A stretch of DNA of 64,000 bases, taken from assembly GCA_015494795.1 (NCBI GenBank), contig WGAM01000134.1, forward strand, positions 3,069-67,068, given 5' to 3'. The position numbers and the translations under genes were made by a program. The notes beneath the pieces are model-generated. The model was not told the DNA's origin, ran no database searches, and saw only the letters and a list, made by a program, of their open reading frames with translations. Positions 28,110 through 38,396 of this stretch are shown piece after piece. Positions within the stretch are counted from its first letter, which is position 1. Every line of letters starts with the position of its first letter. Source of the stretch: Campylobacterota bacterium (lineage in GTDB: Bacteria > Campylobacterota > Campylobacteria > Campylobacterales > Sulfurovaceae).

Positions 28110-30822
28110 ATTACTATTTTTAGTAATCATCTTATCAAACACTCTTTTTGCTAATAGTAGATATGCCTTTATATATAGTAAAAATATAGATGATACATTT
28201 ATAAACTTCTATGATAAGGTTGTAGTTGATGCAGATATAGTTGATGATATATATGCCTTTAGATACCCTAAAAAGATGGTGGCCTATATTAGTGTAGGTG
28301 AAATTGAGAAGTGGAGAAAAAATAGATATAAAAAGAGTTGGGTTATATCTAAAAATAGAACTTGGAACTCACTTATAGCTGATATTAGTAATAGAGAGTA
28401 TCAAAATTTTCTACTAAAGAGAGCTAATGAGTTATATAAAATGGGATATAGAAACTTCTTTTTAGATACTATGGATGCTTATCATATAACATCTAAAGAT
28501 AAAAAACTCTTTTTAAAACTTCAAAATGGACTTGTAGAGTTTGTTCATAGACTACATCAAAAGTATCCTAAAGCAAAAATTATAACAAATAGAGGATTTG
28601 AGATATTAGATAGAATACATAATGATATATCAGCTGTTGCAGTTGAGAGTCTATTTGGTAAATATAACCATAGTAGTAAAAGTTATACAGAAGTATCTAA
28701 AAAAGATAGAGAGTGGATATTATCTAATCTAAAAAAAGTTCAACAGTATGGACTTGATGCAATATCTATTGATTATAGTAATCAGGGGGAGAAAAAGAGA
28801 AGAGATATAGCTAAAAAGATAAGAGATTTAGGGATAATCCCCTATGTTACAGATGGACTACTCAAAGAGCAGGGTGAGTGTGATATAAAAAGAGTTAGAA
28901 GAAATATCCTTATACTATTTAATAGGTCTGTATTTAAAGATAGTAATGAGGTATATTCAGATGCACATCTTCTAATCTCTATGCCACTTGAATATTATGG
29001 ATATATTCCAAGACTATATGATATATCAACAAGAGAGCTACCTAAGAGTGTAGAAGATAGATACCATGCTGTATTGATATGGAGTTATGGAGAGACAAAA
29101 AATAATAAAAAGATATATAATTGGGTAAAAAAGATAAAAAATAGAGGTATAAAAGTTCTATTTATTAATAATTTTGTCTTTAATCCAACTAAAAATAGAT
29201 TAAAAGAGTTTGGGTTAAAAGAGTCAGAAAATAGAAACTCTATTTTAGATAAAAGTAGAGTAATCTATCATAAACCATATAGACCATTTGAGATAAAAGC
29301 ATCGATTGATTATAAAAAGCAATTATTAAATCCTATATATGGGAAATCTGTTATAACGGTAAAATATAAAAACTCTCAAATAGATACTCCTATAGCAATT
29401 ACTCCTTGGGGTGGATATGCAATTGGCAACTCCTATTTAATAAGAGATGGAAACCACTACCACTGGACTATTGATATATTTAGATTTTTAAAAGATACTC
29501 TAAGATTAGATAATACTCTTGTGCCAGACCCCACTACTGAAGCTGGTAGAAGAATTTTATTTGCACATGTTGATGGTGACGGATTTGTAGAGAGAGTTAG
29601 AACAGACATGAAAAGATTATCTCCTGAAATGTTAATTAAATATATCTATAAAAAATTTAAAATACCTCAATCTGTCTCTATTATTCAAGGTGAAGTTGAT
29701 ACTATTGGAATGTTTCCAAAACTTAGCCCATATATGAAAAAGATTGCAAAAGAGTTGTACTCAATCCCATGGATTGAACCTGCAAGTCATAGCTTTTCGC
29801 ACCCATTTTTCTGGAATAAGGTAATACAACCACAAAATGCTTCACCTAAAGCTGGGAAAAATTACCACCTAAATATTCCAAACTATCACTTTAGTTTAAA
29901 GCAAGAGACTATAGGGAGTATTAATTTTGCTCTATCGTTTGCTCCTAAATATAAGAGAAAAAATAAGATTATATTTTGGAGTGGGGATTGTCTCCCACCT
30001 AAAAAGGTTCTATCATATATAGAGAAGAATAATATTATAGGTTTAAATGGTGGAGATACAACTATAGAAGATTTAGCACCATGGTTAGACCATATTGCAC
30101 CATTTGGACTTCAAAGAGAGGAGTATTGGCAGATATATACAGCCCAACAGAATGAGAATATATATACTCATGAGTGGACAGGACCATTTTGGGGCTTTAG
30201 ACATGTAATAGAGACATTTAAAAGAACAGAAAATCCAAGAAGATTAAAAGCTATGGATATATATTATCATCTCTATTCAGGCTCAAGAGTAGCTTCTCTT
30301 CAAGCTTTAGATGATGTATATTCCTACGCATTAACTAAAAAGACATCTAAACTATACGCATCTCAATATATAAGAAAGGGTAAAGGATTTTACCACACCT
30401 CAATAGCTAAATTAGATAATAATCTATATGAAGTTAGAAATCAAGGTTATCTAAGAACAGTTAGAGTCGATAGAAGAGTAAAAGTTAATTTAAGAGATAG
30501 TATAGGTGTAGCTGGATTTAACTATAAAGATAATACTACATATATTACACTAGATAGAAGAGATAGGCATATTATAAAACTTGCTAATAGTATAGATACT
30601 CCATATCTAATAGATAGTGATGGTTGGGTAGAGAGAGTTTCAATTAAAGATAATAGTTTTAAATTTAAACTAAAAAGCAATATGAGTATAGAGGCAAATT
30701 TTTTTGTTCCAAAATCTTGTAGATTGATGCCTATTAAAGGGTTAAAGAGTAGTTATAAAAATAGAGTTTTATCTATTAGATATAGTGGTAAAGGAGTAAC
30801 TATTGAGTTTAAGTGCAAATGA
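28084..30822 (+). CDS. pelA: PelA bifunctional Pel hydrolase/deacetylase; probable non-canonical ATT/ATC start (first ATG is at 28276)
   Basis: The N-terminal TIM-barrel hydrolase-like region includes VAYISVGEIEKWR, FFLDTMDAY and AVAVESLF. CE4 deacetylase motifs are FAHVDGDGF and ASHSFSHPF. The frame is open from 28084 and encodes a signal peptide upstream of the first ATG. Confidence 0.85.
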   Translation: MIKHLCCSRLLFLVIILSNTLFANSRYAFIYSKNIDDTFINFYDKVVVDADIVDDIYAFRYPKKMVAYISVGEIEKWRKNRYKKSWVISKNRTWNSLIADISNREYQNFLLKRANELYKMGYRNFFLDTMDAYHITSKDKKLFLKLQNGLVEFVHRLHQKYPKAKIITNRGFEILDRIHNDISAVAVESLFGKYNHSSKSYTEVSKKDREWILSNLKKVQQYGLDAISIDYSNQGEKKRRDIAKKIRDLGIIPYVTDGLLKEQGECDIKRVRRNILILFNRSVFKDSNEVYSDAHLLISMPLEYYGYIPRLYDISTRELPKSVEDRYHAVLIWSYGETKNNKKIYNWVKKIKNRGIKVLFINNFVFNPTKNRLKEFGLKESENRNSILDKSRVIYHKPYRPFEIKASIDYKKQLLNPIYGKSVITVKYKNSQIDTPIAITPWGGYAIGNSYLIRDGNHYHWTIDIFRFLKDTLRLDNTLVPDPTTEAGRRILFAHVDGDGFVERVRTDMKRLSPEMLIKYIYKKFKIPQSVSIIQGEVDTIGMFPKLSPYMKKIAKELYSIPWIEPASHSFSHPFFWNKVIQPQNASPKAGKNYHLNIPNYHFSLKQETIGSINFALSFAPKYKRKNKIIFWSGDCLPPKKVLSYIEKNNIIGLNGGDTTIEDLAPWLDHIAPFGLQREEYWQIYTAQQNENIYTHEWTGPFWGFRHVIETFKRTENPRRLKAMDIYYHLYSGSRVASLQALDDVYSYALTKKTSKLYASQYIRKGKGFYHTSIAKLDNNLYEVRNQGYLRTVRVDRRVKVNLRDSIGVAGFNYKDNTTYITLDRRDRHIIKLANSIDTPYLIDSDGWVERVSIKDNSFKFKLKSNMSIEANFFVPKSCRLMPIKGLKSSYKNRVLSIRYSGKGVTIEFKCK

Positions 30823-33800
30823 TAATAATACATCTACCTCTATATTATCTATAAAAGAGATTATCGCTATTATTATAGTTTTTAGTTTTCTTCTCTATCT
30901 TCTCTTTCCTAAAAATGATATAGATGAGATTATAGAGAGTAAAGGTAAAAATGCAAATCTATCTATAAACTATATAGAGAGTATGATACTCTACTATCCA
31001 GATAATATAAAACTTAAAATGTTACTTCTAAAAAAATATGATAGTAGTGGAAAGATTAAAAAGGCACTTAAGTTAATAGATGAACTTCTAAAAAAAACAA
31101 AAGATAAAAAGATTTTAGATGAGTTATATCTAACACAATATAATTTACTAAAAGAGCTATATTTTAAAAAAGAGGGTAATATCACTATAGATTTAATAAA
31201 AGATAAGCTATATCACTATTTTAAATTTAAAGAAAAAAATAGAGATTATATGTTCTTTTTAGGAGAGGCTACACAGATGGATTTTAAAAAACTAAAATAT
31301 ATCTCTCTAAAAGGATTAATGAAACAGAACCCTAAAATGGCAGATTTTGATTTAACAAAACAGGCATACTATCTATCTTCATCATTGGGATATAAAGATG
31401 AGGCAAATCAATATCTTTTCAGACTTATAGAGTTTAAAGATGCCAATAGCACACTAAAAGATAGTGTATTATCTTCACTACTTAATAATAAAAAGTATCA
31501 AAAGGCTATTGAATTATCTAAAAAACTATTTTTAGAAGCTAAAGATAAAGAAAAAGTAGAGAACTACTTTAATATAGCACTATATGCCACTGCCCTATTA
31601 GATAAAGAGAATAATAGTACAGATAGTATAAAAAAACTAATTAATAGCTATGATAGTAGTAGAGAGATGAGAGCTTATGATATATCATATATTTTAGATA
31701 ATCTATTAAAAACAGGGTATCTAAAAGAGGCAAGTAGATTTGCAGAGGAGTCATTTAAAAAATACTCTAAAGAGTATGATGAGAATGCTACAAAATTAGC
31801 TATTGATAGTTTAGTATATAATCAAGAGTTAAAACCAGCACTTAAAATCGCCCTATTTGCAGAGAAGAAATTTAATAATCCTAAATGGTTAGATAAGAGT
31901 ATAACACTCTCTGTTTGGCAAGGAAAAATGCAAGATGCTGTAGTACTTAATGAAAAGGGATTAAAAAAATATAGAGCTAAAAAGTATGAGAAGTATCTAA
32001 AAGAGAAGACAAATCTAAATAGTGCATATAGAGCTTTAGGAGAGATATATAAAAAGAATGGAAATATAGATAAAATTATAGAGTACTATAACTATATAGG
32101 TAAACCTCAAGAGGCAGAGTTATATTTTCAAAATCTATATAAAAAGAGAAAGAGTAGAGAGATTTTAAAGGCTTTAATTAACTTCTCATATAGAAACAGA
32201 AATTTTAATAAGACTCTAACTCTATATAGAAGCTATAAAAATAGATATGGGATAGATAAAATTTTAGAGCAGAATGTTATAAACTCTTTAACTGCTCAAG
32301 GTAGATATAAAAAAGCTTATAGAATGTTACAGGAGTTAGAAAAGCTAGAAAAACATGATGCCAAACTAAAAGAGCTACTTAAAAAGTTACAACTAGAAGA
32401 GGGTTTTAATCTATATAAACAGCTTATAGATTTAGGGTGGATATTTAAAGATTATAAATATCTATATAAGATATTATGGCAAGAGGATAGATATGATGAG
32501 TTAGAGTATGATAATTATGATAAATTAATTATGTTAGATAGAGAGATGAATGGAGGGAAGAGATTACCATATCTATATAATAGACTATATAAAAAGACAA
32601 AAAAGGAGGTATATTTAAAAGAACTTCTATCTATATACTCATCAAAAGAGCAGTATAAAAAGTTTAAATCATTATACGATAGATTAAGTCCAAAACTAAA
32701 AAGAGAACTTAAAAGAGATATTAACTTTAATTTAACTTTAGCAAACTACTATATATCTATATCAAAACCTAAAAAAGCTCTAAATATTTTTAAAACTCTA
32801 CTAAATAAATATCCTAAAAATTCAGATATTCATCAATCATATCTTTGGTTTATTATAGATAATAAAAGAACTAAACTATTAAAAAAAGAGTTACAACTAT
32901 TAAAAAGAAATTCTACGCTACAAAAGAGAGTAGGATTTCCATCTGTTGTATCTGCTTTAATGTTACAGAAAACAGATTTAGCTCTAAAGTGGTTAAGACC
33001 TCTTTTAAAAAATAGTGACTCTCTTGAGTATAAAGTTGTATATAGTGATATTTTACAACTTCAAGATAGAGTAGAGGGAGCTAAAAAAGTAAGATTAAAA
33101 CTATTTAAAAAGTTAAATAGAATGATAAAAAAATCTCCTAAACTTTTAAAAGATAAACCATTTGCAAGAGTATATTTAAGATTAATATCTATCTATGGCT
33201 CACCAAGAGAGAAGAGAAGATATTTTAAAAAGTTAAAATTACTCTTTAAAAAGAAAGATTTTATGGAGATGAAAATCGGTTGGAAGAGTTATATTAAAAG
33301 TAGTGATAAGGTAAAGTATCTAAAAGAGAAGTATCATATGGATTTACAATGGTTAAATCTATATCTAGCTATGAGTAGAGGAGATAATACTCTAAAGCAG
33401 AAACTATTAAAAGATGATAAAGATATATTAGCATTTAGAGACAGAGTAACAGCATCTAATGATATTGGAGATATAGCAGGGGCTTATACTCTAGCATTTA
33501 AAGGCATGGAGGATAATAGTAGAGATGTTGACCTATATAAGATTTATAAAGATATGATAACTAAAGAGTATCCTAAAGGAAAAGCTAAAATAGAATATAA
33601 GCAGATATCTAAAGATATATTAGCAATAGAGAGCAAAATAGAGCATAGATGGCATCTCTATAGAGGATTAGAGGGAAAAATATTTTTTAACCAATATAGA
33701 TATATGAAAGATAACTATAAAGATTATATTGATAATAGTTTAGGAGTCTCTATTTTAAATAGTGGTAGAGAGTTTATATGGAGTTTTGAGTTAGAGAAAT

Positions 33801-34417
33801 ATCTAAATAAACAGAAAAGAGATATCAGTTCAGATACTAAAATAAAATATAAAAAAAATAGTAGTGAATTTAATATAGAGATTAAACAAAACAGTAGAGC
33901 AAAAAGAACAACAAAACTTAGAATGTTAGGTATTCAAGACTCTGTAGAGATTGAAGTAAAACAACACATATCCAACAGATTAGCAATTGGAGCGAGTTAT
34001 AGAGATAGCAGATATAAGATAAAGGGTGAAAAATTTAAAGGTAATTTAAAGAAACTAAGATTTAATGGAGCATATATAATAAAAACTGGTTATCCCGATA
34101 TAAAAATAGATACCTATCTTCTAATAAGCAGATTTAGAGATGTAAAAGAGAATGCTAAATTAAAGAGACGAAAAGAGTTTGGTTCACGCATTAGTATAGG
34201 AGAGAGTGGTAAAAATAGTATCCATAGAGATTTACGACCTTATGGTAGTTTTGGACTCTCAATAGATAATAGAAGTAAAATAGGTAGTAGTTTAAGTTTA
34301 GGATTATCAGGAGAGTTAATGGGAGAAGATATTTTAAATCTATCTTTTGATTACTCACAAGGTGTAGATTTAATTACATATCCATACTATGGAGTTAATT
34401 TAGAGTATAAGTTTTAA
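30803..34417 (+). CDS. pelB: PelB-like TPR scaffold plus outer-membrane porin
   Basis: 1204 aa with a TTG start. It has an N-terminal TM anchor, a long helical-repeat (TPR-like) region and a C-terminal beta-rich region of about 300 aa ending YGVNLEYKF (aromatic C-terminus). Size matches PelB. Confidence 0.75.
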   Translation: MSLSANDNNTSTSILSIKEIIAIIIVFSFLLYLLFPKNDIDEIIESKGKNANLSINYIESMILYYPDNIKLKMLLLKKYDSSGKIKKALKLIDELLKKTKDKKILDELYLTQYNLLKELYFKKEGNITIDLIKDKLYHYFKFKEKNRDYMFFLGEATQMDFKKLKYISLKGLMKQNPKMADFDLTKQAYYLSSSLGYKDEANQYLFRLIEFKDANSTLKDSVLSSLLNNKKYQKAIELSKKLFLEAKDKEKVENYFNIALYATALLDKENNSTDSIKKLINSYDSSREMRAYDISYILDNLLKTGYLKEASRFAEESFKKYSKEYDENATKLAIDSLVYNQELKPALKIALFAEKKFNNPKWLDKSITLSVWQGKMQDAVVLNEKGLKKYRAKKYEKYLKEKTNLNSAYRALGEIYKKNGNIDKIIEYYNYIGKPQEAELYFQNLYKKRKSREILKALINFSYRNRNFNKTLTLYRSYKNRYGIDKILEQNVINSLTAQGRYKKAYRMLQELEKLEKHDAKLKELLKKLQLEEGFNLYKQLIDLGWIFKDYKYLYKILWQEDRYDELEYDNYDKLIMLDREMNGGKRLPYLYNRLYKKTKKEVYLKELLSIYSSKEQYKKFKSLYDRLSPKLKRELKRDINFNLTLANYYISISKPKKALNIFKTLLNKYPKNSDIHQSYLWFIIDNKRTKLLKKELQLLKRNSTLQKRVGFPSVVSALMLQKTDLALKWLRPLLKNSDSLEYKVVYSDILQLQDRVEGAKKVRLKLFKKLNRMIKKSPKLLKDKPFARVYLRLISIYGSPREKRRYFKKLKLLFKKKDFMEMKIGWKSYIKSSDKVKYLKEKYHMDLQWLNLYLAMSRGDNTLKQKLLKDDKDILAFRDRVTASNDIGDIAGAYTLAFKGMEDNSRDVDLYKIYKDMITKEYPKGKAKIEYKQISKDILAIESKIEHRWHLYRGLEGKIFFNQYRYMKDNYKDYIDNSLGVSILNSGREFIWSFELEKYLNKQKRDISSDTKIKYKKNSSEFNIEIKQNSRAKRTTKLRMLGIQDSVEIEVKQHISNRLAIGASYRDSRYKIKGEKFKGNLKKLRFNGAYIIKTGYPDIKIDTYLLISRFRDVKENAKLKRRKEFGSRISIGESGKNSIHRDLRPYGSFGLSIDNRSKIGSSLSLGLSGELMGEDILNLSFDYSQGVDLITYPYYGVNLEYKF

Positions 34418-37400
34418 AATTTTTGACTATACAACTCTAAAGCCAATTTTTTTAATCCTTTAAAGTCACTCTTTCCAGTTCCAAGTCTGGGTAAACTCTC
34501 TACTTTAAAGTGGCGACTTGGTGCATGTAGAGGGTTTAGAGCTAGTGATTTTATCTCATCTTTTAACTCATCTAAATCTTTAACTCCCTCTAAGAGAAGA
34601 ACTATCTCTTCTCCTTTTTTACTATGAGGTATAGCTGTAATTGCAATTTGTGACTCCTCATCTAATAGTCTGCCTATCTTCTGCTCAATAGCTCCTAAAC
34701 TTACCATCTCTCCACCAATTTTTGCAAATCTACTATATCTATCTACAACTGTTAAAAAACCATCTTTATCAATATGCCCTTTATCTCCTGTAATATAGTA
34801 TCTAACTCCATCTATCTCTCTAATTACATCTGTTTTTCTCTTTAGATACCCTTTCATAACCTGAACTCCACCTATTAATATCATTCCATCTTCTCCAATA
34901 GGGAGTTGTTCAAATCTATCTGGATTTACTATTATAAAGTTAGTTCCTACAATTGGCATACCTACTGTCCCTCTCTTATCTCCTATCTGAATATGGTAAT
35001 CATTTGGGTCAATCTTATCATGTAGATTACAACTAGCCACTGGTGATGTCTCTGTTGTTCCATACCCCTCTAATATCTCTTTTCCAAATCTCATCTTAAA
35101 TAGCTCTGCTACCTCATCTTGTAACTTCTCTGCTCCTGCTACTACCATCTTTAGAGAGTCAAACATTAAAGGGTGAATTTTTCTATTTCTTGCATATAGT
35201 CTATAGAATGTAGCCGTTCCAAATATAATTGTAGCCTTATATTTAAGTGTCAATTTTGCAATACCAAATCCATCTGTTGGGTCTGGATGAGATACAACAG
35301 GAACTCCCTCTATAATAGGGAATAGAGTAGTAACTGTTAATCCAAATGAGTGAAATATTGGAAGAGTTCCGACTATTATATCTTTTGTAGTTGGATTTAA
35401 TATTGTAGCTACCTGCTTAATATTTCCTAAAATATTTTTATGAGTTAACTCAACTCCCTTTGGAGTCCCCTCACTTCCACTTGAGAACATTATCACAGCA
35501 GTAGATGATGTATCGACTCTCTTTATAAATAGAAGTTTTAGAACTTCTGTTGGAAGAAATCTTGCTAATAGATAGCTCTTTAACTGTTTTATCTTACTAA
35601 TATTAGATTTTATATCCTCCAGATATATAATATCTCTACCCTCTAAAACCTTATCAAGATTAAAACCTTTTGCTTTTATTTTAGTGAGAAACTGTTTTGA
35701 TGTAACAATCTTTTTTATATCTGCTAACTCTATTGCACTATTTATAGCATTAACTCCACTAGAGTAGTTTAGATTAACAATAGTTTTACCAAGAGTTAAA
35801 AGTGCCATATTAGCAATAGTTCCCCCTCCACTTGTTGGAACTAATAGTCCAATATTTTGATAGTTAGATATGGATTTATTAAGGGCATCTCTTATAATTA
35901 GAACGGCTGTTATAAATCTATATCCATTAAGCTCCAGACCTGTTGAGTCTGCAACTGATAGAGTGTTACCTACCCTTTTTGCCTCCTCTATCCAAGCCTC
36001 TTGAATTGTAGGGAGTCTATTAATATATGATTGCCATGAGAGTATAGATAATTTAAAGACTTCTCTTTTAACCTCTGTAGCAGTGCTAGATATATCTAAT
36101 GGAGTTCCAAAATTTATACTTATATCTTTCTGATTTTTAGCTCTCATCTTATCTGAAGCATAAGAGTATCTACTCTCCCATAACCCTCTTATATAGAATG
36201 GAACTATTATTGCATCTTTATTAACATTGGCAGTAGCTAACTCAAATCCTCTCTGAAACTCACCTAACTGTCCATTTCTTGTTAAATTTCCCTCTGGAAA
36301 TAGTGCTACAGTATCTCCACTATTTAAAGCATCAGTTACTAATGATAGAGCATTTTTACCACCTCTTGTAGAGATTGGAATTGCTCTAAAAAATTTTAAA
36401 AATGGTCTGAAATACCATATATTATAGTATCTTCTATCAATTACAAATCTTATCTCTCTATAACATGCTATCTGTAGAAATGCCCAATCTAAAAATGATA
36501 TATGGTTTCCTAATAGAAGCATACCTCCATCTCTTTTTATATTTTCTAACCCATTAATAGTTACTCTATATTTTAGATTGAATAGAGATTTAACAATAAA
36601 TCTAGCCGTTGGGTGAGCAAATTTAATAATAGAGTATATAAATATAGAAAAGAGTATAATAGTAGCTAGAGTAAAGAGTCCTCTACTAGATACTCCTAAA
36701 TTAGCAAAAAGAGCAGATAGAATTAAAAATATAAACATAGATAGATTTTGCATAAAATTACTTCTAGCTAAAACTTTACCCATTATTCTTTTTGGAGTGT
36801 AGAACTGTATTAGAGTGTTTAGAGGAACAATAAAAATTCCAGAGAAAAATCCATAAAAGAAGAAGGCAACTCCAAAATATGTGGTTGATGTTAGATAAGG
36901 CATAATAGATATAGATAGAGATAATCCAAATAGACCAATTGGAATAATCCCCTTTTCTATATGATTTCTACTAACCATACCCACAGCTAGAGAGCCAAAT
37001 ATTATCCCTAATCCTGATATTGAGAGGAGACCTTGAGCTACTATTGTATTTGTAACTCCCATATTTCTCTTTAGATACTCTCCAAATATAGCTACTATAA
37101 GTTGAGATATACCCCAAAATATAGATAGTCCAATAATGGATAGCCATACAATCTTATTATCTTTTAAATTAGATAGTTTTATATTTTGTTGAATAGTGCT
37201 ACTCTCTCTCTTCTCCATATTTGGATTTAATCTTAGAGATAGTAGAAACTCAACTATAGATGCTCCAATTAATGCAAATCCTAAAGGGTATATAGTCTCT
37301 AATATATGAGACTTATCTGAAACTCCTACTCCATCTAAGAGATACTCAAAAAATATAGAGTATATTACAGCTCCAGCTAAGATAGATATAATAGTAACAG

Positions 37401-37833
37401 ATTGCACCATAGCATTACCCTCTGTTAATCTTTTCTCTCCCACCATCTCTTTAATAACTCCATACTTAGCAGGGGCATATATTGCACTCTGCCCTGCCAA
37501 TATAAAAGTCATACCAAAAGCTACCCAAAACCAACCCATAATATAGGATATTAATATAAATATTGTAATAAAAATAGCAAATAGTGAAGAGAGTTGAATA
37601 ACTCTAACTTTAGAGTACTTATCACTTATAAATCCAGCAGGAATAAATAGAAATATAAATGGTAATAAGATTAAGGCGTTTACAATAGCAGTTAATATAA
37701 TTAGTTCAGAGCCACTATAGGCTTTAAATATGGTATTTTGAAGTATGATTTTATGTCCTAAATCTGTCATTGCATTTAAAAAGACAATAGATATATATGG
37801 TTTAAATCCATCTATTTTAAATAGTTCTCTCAT
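34414..37833 (-). CDS. aas: fused lysophospholipid transporter (MFS, LplT-like) / 2-acyl-GPE acyltransferase / acyl-ACP synthetase (Aas)
   Basis: 1139 aa. An N-terminal region of about 400 aa has 12 TM helices. A PlsC-type acyltransferase follows (NHISFLD, FPEGN), then an adenylate-forming domain (MFSSGSEGTPKGV, GYGTTE, GD). Confidence 0.85.
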   Translation of the reverse strand: MRELFKIDGFKPYISIVFLNAMTDLGHKIILQNTIFKAYSGSELIILTAIVNALILLPFIFLFIPAGFISDKYSKVRVIQLSSLFAIFITIFILISYIMGWFWVAFGMTFILAGQSAIYAPAKYGVIKEMVGEKRLTEGNAMVQSVTIISILAGAVIYSIFFEYLLDGVGVSDKSHILETIYPLGFALIGASIVEFLLSLRLNPNMEKRESSTIQQNIKLSNLKDNKIVWLSIIGLSIFWGISQLIVAIFGEYLKRNMGVTNTIVAQGLLSISGLGIIFGSLAVGMVSRNHIEKGIIPIGLFGLSLSISIMPYLTSTTYFGVAFFFYGFFSGIFIVPLNTLIQFYTPKRIMGKVLARSNFMQNLSMFIFLILSALFANLGVSSRGLFTLATIILFSIFIYSIIKFAHPTARFIVKSLFNLKYRVTINGLENIKRDGGMLLLGNHISFLDWAFLQIACYREIRFVIDRRYYNIWYFRPFLKFFRAIPISTRGGKNALSLVTDALNSGDTVALFPEGNLTRNGQLGEFQRGFELATANVNKDAIIVPFYIRGLWESRYSYASDKMRAKNQKDISINFGTPLDISSTATEVKREVFKLSILSWQSYINRLPTIQEAWIEEAKRVGNTLSVADSTGLELNGYRFITAVLIIRDALNKSISNYQNIGLLVPTSGGGTIANMALLTLGKTIVNLNYSSGVNAINSAIELADIKKIVTSKQFLTKIKAKGFNLDKVLEGRDIIYLEDIKSNISKIKQLKSYLLARFLPTEVLKLLFIKRVDTSSTAVIMFSSGSEGTPKGVELTHKNILGNIKQVATILNPTTKDIIVGTLPIFHSFGLTVTTLFPIIEGVPVVSHPDPTDGFGIAKLTLKYKATIIFGTATFYRLYARNRKIHPLMFDSLKMVVAGAEKLQDEVAELFKMRFGKEILEGYGTTETSPVASCNLHDKIDPNDYHIQIGDKRGTVGMPIVGTNFIIVNPDRFEQLPIGEDGMILIGGVQVMKGYLKRKTDVIREIDGVRYYITGDKGHIDKDGFLTVVDRYSRFAKIGGEMVSLGAIEQKIGRLLDEESQIAITAIPHSKKGEEIVLLLEGVKDLDELKDEIKSLALNPLHAPSRHFKVESLPRLGTGKSDFKGLKKLALELYSQKF

Positions 37834-37909
37834 TTTAATATCCCATAATTTTTTTATAATAATATCTTTTTTTGATACAATAGTAAATTAACAAAACAAG
37901 GTAGGTTAA

Positions 37910-38380
37910 GTGATAATATTAGGCATAGACCCGGGGACTAAAAATTTAGGTTACTCTATTATTGAGTTAAAAAATTCTAAAATAGAGTTAATTGAAGCTG
38001 GTCTATTAAAATTTAAAACAGTAGAGCTACAAGAGCAGATAAGAGAGTTGTCAGATGGGATAGATGCAATTATAAAAAATCATAATATTGATGAGGTATC
38101 TATTGAGAATATATTTTTTGCTCATAATCCAAAGACTCTTATTAAACTAGCTCAATTTAGAGGTGCAATATGTCTCAAAATTCTTTTAACTATTGGAAAA
38201 TATGAAGAGTACACCCCACTTCAAGTAAAAAGAGCAATTACAGGTAATGGGAAATCATCAAAAGAGCAGGTAGCCTTTATGGTTCGCCGTATATTAGGGA
38301 TAAATAAGGAGATAAAACCATTTGATATTACAGATGCTATGGCTATAGCTATTACTCATGCACAAAGAGTAAGATTTTAG
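37910..38380 (+). CDS. ruvC: Holliday junction resolvase RuvC
   Basis: 156 aa with a GTG start. [16 protein letters not shown] is present, and the C-terminal [10 protein letters not shown] motif. Confidence 0.9.
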   Translation: MIILGIDPGTKNLGYSIIELKNSKIELIEAGLLKFKTVELQEQIRELSDGIDAIIKNHNIDEVSIENIFFAHNPKTLIKLAQFRGAICLKILLTIGKYEEYTPLQVKRAITGNGKSSKEQVAFMVRRILGINKEIKPFDITDAMAIAITHAQRVRF

Positions 38381-38396
38381 CACCCGTTCCGTAAAC

